From assembly GCA_964019335.1 (NCBI GenBank), contig OZ025656.1, forward strand, positions 620,001-684,000: a stretch of DNA of 64,000 nucleotides. Reading direction: 5' to 3'. This document shows, piece after piece, positions 54,746 to 64,000 of this stretch (position 1 is the stretch's first letter; the number at the start of each line of letters is the position of its first letter). Position numbers and translations under genes: made by a program. The notes under the pieces are model-generated. The model was not told the origin of the DNA. It did not search any database and saw nothing but the letters and a program-made list of their open reading frames with translations. This DNA is from Diplonema japonicum. Lineage: Eukaryota; Protista; Euglenozoa: Diplonemea.

Positions 54746-57700
54746 ATGAGGCTGCTCATCGTCGTCGCTATGATGGCAGTACTGGTGGCAGCCCAGAGCC
54801 CCGAGTCAATCTACGTGTACCACTCGGAACTACAAGAAGTGAAAACGGGCGGTGTGTATAATCTGGACCCTAATGTGACGTGCAATGATGAAAGTGTGTG
54901 GGTGTGCAGGTTCGGGCAGGGCGTAAGAGACACTGAGTTTTGTGTAGACAACAAAGCAGTGTTCTTAACAGATTCTGGGCACTGGGCAGTGGGAGGAATC
55001 GAGAACAACGGCCAGCCCACATGCAGCGAGCACGCATTATACATGAGGTCCGATAAGCTCTTCAACAATTCCGGAGAAGTAACTTCGGTGACATCAGCAT
55101 CGCAGTGGCACCGCTACGATAACGAGTCAGCAGGTTGGGTATACGATGAGAACTCTCGGGTAACGGACCTCGGGTGCAGGACCGTCACAGCGTGTCTTCA
55201 GCTGAAGTGCCAGGAGCCTGACGACGGGTACTCCTGCGATGAATGCTCAGTCGACGGTGCCACGATGAACTGCGGCAACACGAACAAGCTCAGGCAGCTC
55301 CTTGCCCTTCTTGTCCACATTGTCATAATTAGTCTCATCGCAGGCACTATCGTCTATGCCCAGACCCACACAGTTTCCACACCCTACGACTCCTACACGC
55401 CCACCCCTAAAACGCTGAACCATCGCTACCGTGCGTTCGTCCTGCGTATTATGCGCCGTCTTGGCCTCCTTATCGGTACTCACAAAGGGCTCTTTTTCGT
55501 CACCACGTTTATCTCCGTTCTGCTGCTCGTCGGTGTCGGTCTCCCTTTCGCGAAGCGAGACGTTGCTGGGTCTTACTCCGCCGACTGGGTCCCCCGTGGA
55601 GGCCGCCTCGAGGAGGAAATCAACTACGTGAAGAAGTGGTCCGAGGAAAGCAAGATCGGCCAGAACATCCAGATTATGATTGGCCCAGAGGACCTCAGCG
55701 AGAACGTTCTCTCGAAGAAGTACCTCTACCAGCTGCTGGAAGTCTACCAGGAAATGTACAAAGTGCAAGTCCCTGCGTATTATAGCAACGGGAGCGAAAT
55801 CATGGTAGGCTTTCAGGACTGGTGCCTGTCGATAGACAACCCACTCGTCAACGTCTTCCCCTGCATGGCGCCGTCATCGCTAGACTGCTTTTTCGAAGGA
55901 TCATGGATGTTGGGTGACGTTTCTTCGGGAAAGCCGGAACATCCCGACAACCAGACCATCCTGTATTCTGCACTGGAGCAGTACGTCGCCATGGTACCCG
56001 ACCAGCTCTCGAGCTACACCCACAGACCGTCGATAAAGGACCTCAATGAGACAGAGATTAAACAGAAGCTGGGGATGTTCCCGACCGACTGCCAGCACTG
56101 GGCCCCCTCGGTCTCGCGTGGGAGGGGGTACGTGTTCGGCTCCGTCGAAACATCTGACGAGCTGACTGTCGAGGAATTCCCTAAGTACAACATGGTCAAC
56201 GCGAAGAGGCTTGTCGGAATAGGTCTGGTGCACTCCGCACGCAGGGCACTAAGCTTCCGAGCAAATCTACAAGGGCTCGAGGAGAGCGCTGTTGCAGATG
56301 CGATGGACAAGTGGTTCGACGCCGTGTCCGACAAGATGGAGGAGCTAAGCAACGACCGCGTGCGGTTCCCGGACACAAGCATCTCCATCTACATGACTGT
56401 ATCCCTGAAGCGAATGTTCAAAGAGATCGGGAAGACAGGCTACGTGAAGATCATGCAGGGGCTTGCCATTGTCGTGCTCTTTGTTATGCTCTCGCAGTTC
56501 ACACCCGACACGCAGACCTCACAGTGCTTGTGCAGCATGATCGGCCTTTGTCTGGTGCTGCTGTCCATTTGTGCGGGATTCGGTCTGATGGCTTTGTACG
56601 GCATAAAGTTCAACCACACCATTCTGCAAGCGCTGCCGTTCTTCTCGTTGGGGATTGGCGTGGATGACATGTTCCTGCTGCTAAAGTACTATCACGACGT
56701 GCCGAACAAGAGCCGCCCTATCCCACAGGTGATCTCTGATGTGCTGGGCAACTCAGGCATGAGCATCACGTTCACGTCACTCTGCAACGCTCTGACTGCG
56801 CTAGTGTGTGGTGTAGTGGTCCCCATCCCCGCGCTGAGCGACTTCCTCAAGTCAACTGCCATCATCGTGCTCATCAACTACGTTACAATGGTGATGCTGT
56901 TCCTCCCTGTCCTCGCTTGGAGCACCGGACGCGAGAAATCCGAAAGCTCCATCTTCACACCCCTCTTCGGGCTCATCAGTGGCGTGACGTCAGCCATCGC
57001 AGCCTTTTTAGACAACGCTTTCGAAGGCTTCAAAGGCTTGATGGAGAAGAAGGCGGTGCAGGGTGTTCTGTTCTTCATCAATGTGTTACTTTTTGTAGTC
57101 CTGGTGACGGTGCTCAACACCAGCAATAAGCTGGAGTTTGGGTTCGACGTGGTGGACTTGACACCCAAGGGGAGCTTCCTCAGCAAGGGGTTCCAGGAGA
57201 GAGAGGACCACATCGTGTCGCAGTCTCTGAGCCACCAATACATTGTGAAGAACATGGACTTCCCGAACAACCAGAGAAAGATGAAGGAGCTGCACAACTG
57301 GGTGAAGTACAACAAATGGACGAACGACACGACAGACAGGCGTGGGTACTGGGTGGATTGGCTGGACGACTTCGCACTGAGCAGGGGGTGGCTGCGCAAC
57401 AGTTCTGGAGACCTAATCCCAACAGACACGCCTAGGGAGCCGACGCTGCCGTATGAAGTCAGGTACGACAACTACATAAATCCTGATGACTGGTATCAGG
57501 TACTGATGAACTGGCGAAACCCTGCAGTAGCCCAGCTGGACATGGTGACAAGCATCACGACAGACCCATTCGGCTGGCGGTGGGGATTCGAGTCCTTCGA
57601 AGTCAACAACACAATGTTGAAATCGAACTCGGCGTACACCGTGAACATGGCGCTGCTGCAAAAGCCGAGCGACTGGGTGGACCACATCGACTTCATGCGC

Positions 57701-58408
57701 GTCGAGATGGACAGGATCATGGGGGTCGGAAACGCTTTCCCGGAGCCGAGCGGGAGGTACCTGCAAATGCAAGAATTCATAAGCTTGGAATACTACTTCT
57801 GGATAAGCTTTGCCGTAGGGATGGGTGTTGTCTTCTGCGTGTCGCTGGCAATGTCCGTCTCGGTGTTGGGGTCTGTTATCGTAACCTACACCGCACTGTC
57901 TGCCACTATAGAGGTCATGGCAATTCTTATGCTAGTGAATTTCAAGTTCCAGAGTATTGTGGCTGTAACAATATTATTGGCGATCGGTGTGAATGTCGAA
58001 TTCTCAGCACATGTGATCGTTGGGTTCGAAACTGCTGAAGGGACCACCGCAGAGAGGATACGGACCACCATTTCGCACACGTTTGCCCCTGTCTTGGAGG
58101 GTGGCATTAGTAGTTATCTGATGTTCTCTCTGCTTTCGATGTCGCAGTTTCCTTACGTTGTTAAGTACTTCTTCTGGGTTCTTTTCATTACCATTTCTAT
58201 TGGGTTGCTTCATGGGTTGCTCCTCCTCCCTGCCACTATAGCTTTCTTAAGCTGCCCCTCCTCCCAGGTCTCTGAATTCACTGCTCAAGGAGCTCAGGAG
58301 GGTAAAGAAAGCCCTCCTGAAGTCACCATTGATAAACCTGAAGAGTCGTGTGCAAGCAGCACGAACCCCTTGAACGCGCCACGTTATACTGACGTGGTGC
58401 CTATGTGA
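54746..58408 (+). CDS. Patched-like SSD protein (intronless tandem paralogue, no ShKT-like repeats)
   Basis: 1220 aa with signal peptide. WVPRGGRLEEEINY, SLDCFFEG, QALPFFSLGIGVDDMFLL, VPIPALSDF, IGVNVEFSAHV, LHGLLLLPA. Collinear with 50207-53976. Confidence 0.94.
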   Translation: MRLLIVVAMMAVLVAAQSPESIYVYHSELQEVKTGGVYNLDPNVTCNDESVWVCRFGQGVRDTEFCVDNKAVFLTDSGHWAVGGIENNGQPTCSEHALYMRSDKLFNNSGEVTSVTSASQWHRYDNESAGWVYDENSRVTDLGCRTVTACLQLKCQEPDDGYSCDECSVDGATMNCGNTNKLRQLLALLVHIVIISLIAGTIVYAQTHTVSTPYDSYTPTPKTLNHRYRAFVLRIMRRLGLLIGTHKGLFFVTTFISVLLLVGVGLPFAKRDVAGSYSADWVPRGGRLEEEINYVKKWSEESKIGQNIQIMIGPEDLSENVLSKKYLYQLLEVYQEMYKVQVPAYYSNGSEIMVGFQDWCLSIDNPLVNVFPCMAPSSLDCFFEGSWMLGDVSSGKPEHPDNQTILYSALEQYVAMVPDQLSSYTHRPSIKDLNETEIKQKLGMFPTDCQHWAPSVSRGRGYVFGSVETSDELTVEEFPKYNMVNAKRLVGIGLVHSARRALSFRANLQGLEESAVADAMDKWFDAVSDKMEELSNDRVRFPDTSISIYMTVSLKRMFKEIGKTGYVKIMQGLAIVVLFVMLSQFTPDTQTSQCLCSMIGLCLVLLSICAGFGLMALYGIKFNHTILQALPFFSLGIGVDDMFLLLKYYHDVPNKSRPIPQVISDVLGNSGMSITFTSLCNALTALVCGVVVPIPALSDFLKSTAIIVLINYVTMVMLFLPVLAWSTGREKSESSIFTPLFGLISGVTSAIAAFLDNAFEGFKGLMEKKAVQGVLFFINVLLFVVLVTVLNTSNKLEFGFDVVDLTPKGSFLSKGFQEREDHIVSQSLSHQYIVKNMDFPNNQRKMKELHNWVKYNKWTNDTTDRRGYWVDWLDDFALSRGWLRNSSGDLIPTDTPREPTLPYEVRYDNYINPDDWYQVLMNWRNPAVAQLDMVTSITTDPFGWRWGFESFEVNNTMLKSNSAYTVNMALLQKPSDWVDHIDFMRVEMDRIMGVGNAFPEPSGRYLQMQEFISLEYYFWISFAVGMGVVFCVSLAMSVSVLGSVIVTYTALSATIEVMAILMLVNFKFQSIVAVTILLAIGVNVEFSAHVIVGFETAEGTTAERIRTTISHTFAPVLEGGISSYLMFSLLSMSQFPYVVKYFFWVLFITISIGLLHGLLLLPATIAFLSCPSSQVSEFTAQGAQEGKESPPEVTIDKPEESCASSTNPLNAPRYTDVVPM

Positions 58409-58944
58409 TACCGCTTCTCCTCCCCCGGTCCCCCTTTTTTTATTTTTATTTTTTTAGTTGTGGGTGAACGTTTTAGTACTAGATTACTTAAGACATATGA
58501 TTATTTCTTTTTTTACTCTGTGATTGAGTCCCGATCGAATAAAGGGGGGGGGGGGGGGGGTTATAAGAAAAGAAGAAAATCAAGTGATGTCGCAGGTATT
58601 TCCAGATTTTCTGTCCTTCGCCAACAAAAGGCTCCAGGCCGATAGGACACGCCACCCAGCTACTATGGGGGTAAGAAGGGCAGAAGAAGAAAAAAAAAAA
58701 AGAAATACTGTGGAAGAAAAAAAAGGGGGTCCCTGACAAATTCCCGGACACCAAAAACTAGACAGAAGAGAAAGAAGAAAAAGAAAAGAAACGAGAGGTT
58801 ATGCTGGCAGTGTTATTGCGAGCTTTTTTTTTTTTTTTTTTTTTTGGCATGCGGCTTTCGCTCTGGGAGTTTGCATGTTAATTTGAGTTTTTTTTTGGAA
58901 AAAAGAAAAAAAGAAGAATTTAATTTTTTTTTTCTCCGATTGGA

Positions 58945-60243
58945 GTGGGCGACCCGTTCGAGGCAACCAACGGCATCCTCCAGGGCTGCCTATTGTCGGT
59001 GATCATCATCAACGCGCTGCTTTCTGTGATGATCAAGACGATGGAGGCAGCGGTGGACGTTGTAGCCTACGCGGACGATGCATACCTCCTGGCGAAGCTC
59101 CGCTCGATTCTGCAGGCAGGGATAGATGGCGCACTGGAGTTCTGCACCCTAACAGACATGAAGCTGTTGCCTTCGGCACGGCGAGAGGGTTCAAAGAAAG
59201 TCCTGGGGAACAGAAAGGAGAGCCGGAAGGGCGTTGAGGTCACAGTGCCGTACAAAACGGTAAAGAGCCTGAAGGCACTCGGGGTGCAGCTGAGCATGGA
59301 AGCAGGAACGACATGGAACGCCCCATCGACCAAAGCATTCGGGTCCCTGGATAGACTGGGGAACACGAACCTGGCCTTCGAAACCAAAGCGCACTTTGTG
59401 AGCTCGTCGATACTGCCCTCCTGCCTATACGCGAGCCCTTCTCGCCGCCGAATAAGGAAACCAGCTGTACGAATGCCCACTTGCGCAGGAAGAGCTAGCG
59501 AGGGACGGGTTGGAACCGCTACGCGACAGGTCGGGCTGGCCTCTCTGCCTGGAACTGCACGGGATCTTGCCGAGGGGGCACGGATTTGCACACCTGGAGA
59601 GGTTGCAGAGGTACCTGGCGATGATAGTAGCAAAGTGATGAGGAACTGATCCAAGTGGAGGATTTTGGGAGAACTGCCGTGGGAACGGAATGTGTTGGGA
59701 GTAAAGCACTTGACGCCGACGTTGGAGCAGCTCGGGACGACAAGTGGGATACTGCGGATGTACGCGGAGTCGCTGTTGAAATGGATGTCGGAGCTAAGAT
59801 GGGTTAAAGAAGACACGACGTCGGAGGTGACGGCGGTGGAGTTAGCCCTAGATTTCGAAGCGACGACACGAAGATCGCTGGGAATGACGCAGGAGGAAAA
59901 GGCGCGAAGGATCAAGAAACTGATCCAAAAGGTGAACGACAGGTGCGCATTACAAGGAAGGAAAAAGCCTTTCCCGGCGAAGAACAAAACGAGAGTGAAG
60001 TCCCTCATGGCAATAGGAGGGAAGGCGGCGATAGGCTTTGCAAGGAGACCGATCTTCGCCTCACGAGAAACCCAGGACAGGCTAAGAGAGCTGAAGACCA
60101 ACCTGAAGAAGGACCGCATCAACCGTCTGCGAAAGACACTGGTATCCGCCATCGGAACGAAAGCGAGGCTCCAAAAAGGAAGCATCAAGAGATAGACCCC
60201 CACCCCCCTAAGGGTGGTCCTCGAGTGGGATTTGCCCTTAAAC
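58945..60243 (+). mobile_element. 5'-truncated, decayed non-LTR retrotransposon (LINE)
   Basis: Begins abruptly inside the reverse transcriptase: GILQGCLLS..IN..L ... AYADDAYL, later KSLKALGV. Frameshifted basic C-terminal ORF 59665-60195. Short GC-rich 3' UTR ending GCCCTTAAA. The 3' boundary is approximate. Confidence 0.85.
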
Positions 60244-62250
60244 ATCGCCTTTTTCTCCAACAAAGAGGGATTGCAATACTCTCTGCGGCCTCCTCTTCTC
60301 TGCACCGTTCACGTCTGTCTGTCAATTTGTTTTTATTTCTTTTTTGTCTGGTACTACATGATGTAAAGAACAGGACTTTGTTTCTCACTCCGAGCAGAGA
60401 TTGAGGAACAGACAAACCGGAGCTCATTTCATTTTTTTTATTTATGATCATCTGGAGCGGTTCTGTTTTTTATTGTCTCTCTTCTCTACTCCCCCCCCCC
60501 CCCCCCCCTGCCAGAATCTTTAAAAGAGTACTAGCTGGGCAGAATCGATCCCCAAGAAATTCTTTTGTGTTCTGTACTACTCCCCCCCCCGCCCCCTTTA
60601 CCATGCTGGGGGGGAGGAAAGAAGGGGAAAAAAAAGAAAAAAAAAAGAAGGAAAAAAGAAAAAGCAATTCGCTAGGCGGTGTTCGAACCCTTCCCACGGG
60701 AGTCTCGATTATCTTACCCCCGGCAGATAAGTAGAGACATGAGCCTCCTTATCGTGCCTCCTTCCTGACCCCCTGTAGTAGTGGTGGGGAAATTGCTGAG
60801 GGGACACGAGAGAAAGAAAAAGAGTGTGTTTCTCTTTGCTTGGGGGGTTTTTTTTAACTCCAGGGGTAAGAACACCCTTGATTTTTTTTTTGGGGGGAAG
60901 GGCTCTACTCCCCCCCCCATATTTTTTTCTTGGATCAGAACCTCTTCTATCGCAGCGAGCTTTTTTTTTTTTTTTTTTTAAACCTCTTTTTGTTCTTTGA
61001 CATTGATTTGCTCTTTTTCTCTCTCTTTGCAAAATCGCAGTGCAAGAAGGGAGCCTTTGTAAAAACCCCCCCTTTTTTTTTACGCCAGCTAGTAGTCGAG
61101 TGTTCGTTAGTCCTTATCATGGGAGAAAAAAAAAAAGAGAGGACATAGTTCTTTGTTTGTGATCCCATTTTCCTCTATTCTGTAGCTGGCAGAAAGAAAT
61201 TTGCTTCTTCATGGGGGGGGGGGGGGGGGGGGGGTAATCGGCAGGTTACCAATTATAAAGAAACAAGGAAACTCCAAAGCAAATGGCAAGGCAGCGGCTA
61301 AAGAAAGTCCTATAATTTTTGAATATTAATTCCGTTCTGACCTTCCTGCCTTTCCTTCGTAGAGGGAGAAAGAAAGATATGAAGAACACGCCAAACCTAT
61401 CAACCAACGTAGCAATAAGACCCCACCCCCACTTTTTATTGCCAGCTCTATTTTCTTAACTCCCCCCGCGTTCAGTGTTATACGTTGAGGTTAGATACAA
61501 TTTTTAAAAATGAGAATAATAAAAAAAGCAATATTTTGCAGTGAGAGGGAACTGTGTACCTGCCCTCTTACTTAGGTAAGTGCGTGGTCCTTCTACAGGA
61601 TCTCTTGGGTCAATTAGGGGGGGGGGGGGGGATAATGTCATGAGTCGATGGGGGTTGCAACCAACAGGTTTGCCTTTTCTTTATTTCTAAGAAATATATT
61701 TATATTTTTTTTTTTTTTAAAAAGCCCTAGTCACTCCCCTCTTTTATGGTGGTTAGTCGTTTTGCTAGCACATTCACCTCATCACATAGTTTTTTTTTTT
61801 TCGTTTTTTTTTTTACCCTGTTGTTGCTTGCCTCTTGCTATCCTTATGGATGTCAGCCGTAAGCATACCTGCGGCCACTACTTACGTTATGAATGACAAT
61901 GAAAGAAGCATGCCATCTGGAATCCTTCTTTTGCAGTGGACATCGCCCGCCTTCTGTCTGCGTGTCGCACACCATCAACCTTTTACATTTAGGAAGATGA
62001 TGGACTGGGCAGGCGCTGCAATTGCCAGGTTTTGTAGGTGAAACTTGTTTTTCTTCCCCTTTTTTTTCTTGTCAGAAATGAAAGAAAGAAAGGACAGAAA
62101 AGAATGGATATATATGTATGGCTTTTTCTTGTAAACCTCTTTTTCTAATTCTGTTTTTGATCCTTTTTCATTTAGTCTTGTCACACCCGTACTTCTTGTT
62201 TTCTCTTCTCCCACCACCGAGTAACCCGTCACAAAGGTTTCTACCATAAC

Positions 62251-64000
62251 ATGAGTGCCTCGTGTAGTTCTGTCTCGATGCCAGCCTTTGGGGTGGGTGC
62301 GTTGTTCGGGCGGAATTTGAACACAGAGGCTGCTCTTCGCGAGGCAGTTGACAAGCACACGATGGCGTCTAGGGAGTCCACGCCCCTCCCCCCGCCTCCT
62401 GCAGGCAAGGAGCCCACCGAGCTCATAGTAGCCACCGAGGCCGCACTACGCGACGCTGTCAGCCAGCACAACCTAGAGGAGAAGCGCAGCCTCAGCTCAC
62501 TTCCCCTTGCGAACCCCCCGACAGCCGCCAGCCTCTCCGATTTAATGACGCAGCACGCCATGCAGCAACGCCTCCAAGCCCAGCAGCAGGAGGCACAGAT
62601 CTCCCGTGTGCGTGAGTTCCTCGCTGGCAAGTACGAAACCCACAAAGCCAACATCCTCAACATGAAGCTCGCCCACGACCAGCAGTTGTACGACATGAAC
62701 AAAGCCAACAGCGAGGCCATCTCCAGCACCCAGATGCGCCCCGCTAGCCAGCAAGAGAAGGACGAAGAGATCAGAAAGCTCATCAGCAACCACAGCCAAA
62801 TGGTAAAGGAGCTAAGGACACGCCAAGCAGCCGATCTGACGAAGCTGGAAGGACAGCTCAGCACCTTCATGTTGCTGCAAGAGGAGGAGTTGAACCGCGT
62901 GAATAAGCTCCACCAGCAGCAGCTTCGCCTTCAGCGCGAGCAACACGAGGTGGAGGTCAGGGAGATGCAAACCAGCTTGACAACACAGCAGATCCAGCAC
63001 GGCAAAGAGATGGGCATGACACAGAATGAGCTGAAGAGGCTTGAGCACAACCAGAACCAGTACTACAACGACTTGCTGACACTGAGGGCGAACGCTGCTA
63101 TGAAGGACGAGGAGAATCTGAAGCTGCATCAGGCTACGGCCGCAGCGCACTCCATATACGACACTGAAGCGCGCCAAAAGCATGAGCAGCAGGTATGCCG
63201 GCACATGCATTCCACCTTACTAGGCCAATGAGCTGAGGGCTTTGCAAGACCAGATCACAGATAACATGAAGAGGGTGAGGCTGGAAATGGAGGGGACGAA
63301 GTCCAACATTACCCGTGACCTGATGGCAGGACACACTCAAGACATGGCGAGGCTCGAGCACCACACGGCGACGCGTGTGCAGAACTTGCAAAACGCGGCG
63401 GTGACTATGCGCAGGGAGCAGGTATGCATGACTCCATGAGGGACTTACTTGCAGAATCAAGAGATGTGTACTCTTCGTGAAGCACAAGCAACAAAGCAGC
63501 GGGAATACGTATGCATTGTGACCATACCTCACTGAAACAGGAGACGGCATTGCTCCGACTGAAACAAGCACAGCAAGACCAGGCTAACGATGCGGAGACT
63601 CATAACAACCAGTTGAACCAGAAGACAGCTATGCAGGTGTGATACACGGACCCCTCCAGTATACCACAGGAAGAGGAAATCCGAAGGATTAAAGAGCGCA
63701 CAGAAGAAGAGTTCCAAAACAGGCTCAAGCTGCAGCAGATGTACGCACAGGAAAAAGATATGATGACCAAGATAGCTGCGCAAGAGAAGCACGTGGCAGT
63801 GTCGATGATGCAGTTTGAGAACGAAATCTCGAACAAAGAACTAGAGATACAGCAAATCAAAAACGAGCTGAACAGAAAAGACCAGGATTACCTCATACAG
63901 TCGGAGGAGCTCAAGCATAAGGACATGATGCTCACAGAAAGGAACTTTGTGATGCCGCAGCTTCAAGAGAAACTGAATCTGAAGGAGCGTGAGCTCAGCA
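62251..64000 (+). CDS. Gln/Glu-rich coiled-coil protein, multi-exon, 3' partial
   Basis: GT-AG introns 63193-63223, 63422-63454, 63509-63540 and 63637-63669 keep one open frame to the window edge. Start codon uncertain. Confidence 0.85.

Noticed and set aside
23758-63860. Minus-strand and alternate-frame ORFs overlapping the large genes, including the 412-aa ORF 59067-60305
   Set aside because: Antisense shadows of GC-balanced coding sequence; the recognisable motifs are all on the + strand.
1-64000. Hedgehog/Hint, Smoothened, spliced-leader RNA, rRNA, or a tyrosine-recombinase gene
   Set aside because: Looked for them because of the Patched/Dispatched genes and the hairpin elements; no recognisable motif was found by eye.

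Overview
Eukaryotic genomic DNA. The organism is probably a euglenozoan protist, most likely a diplonemid (inference: all genes lie on one strand, spacers are very short, introns are tiny GT-AG, and intergenic DNA is full of homopolymer runs). Bases 1-23.6 kb are gene-poor. They hold one small zinc-finger gene and many mobile-element remnants: a MITE with GAG ends and an ATAT TSD, a decayed piggyBac, a Tc1/pogo-like MITE, a direct-repeat element with solo derivatives, and at least three sequence-unrelated families of non-coding elements that share one design (terminal hairpin + internal recombination-like site + second inverted repeat). One of these families shows a flipped hairpin between copies. 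Bases 23.6-64 kb are a + strand gene cluster: a multidomain RING/WWE E3-like protein, a PSP1-C protein, a Dispatched-like SSD transporter, an EF-hand coiled-coil protein, a WD40 protein, a membrane protein, an amidase, two tandem Patched-like proteins, a 5'-truncated LINE and a coiled-coil gene that runs off the window. Most short ORFs in the supplied track are homopolymer or antisense noise. No database searches were run; all family calls come from motif recognition by eye.
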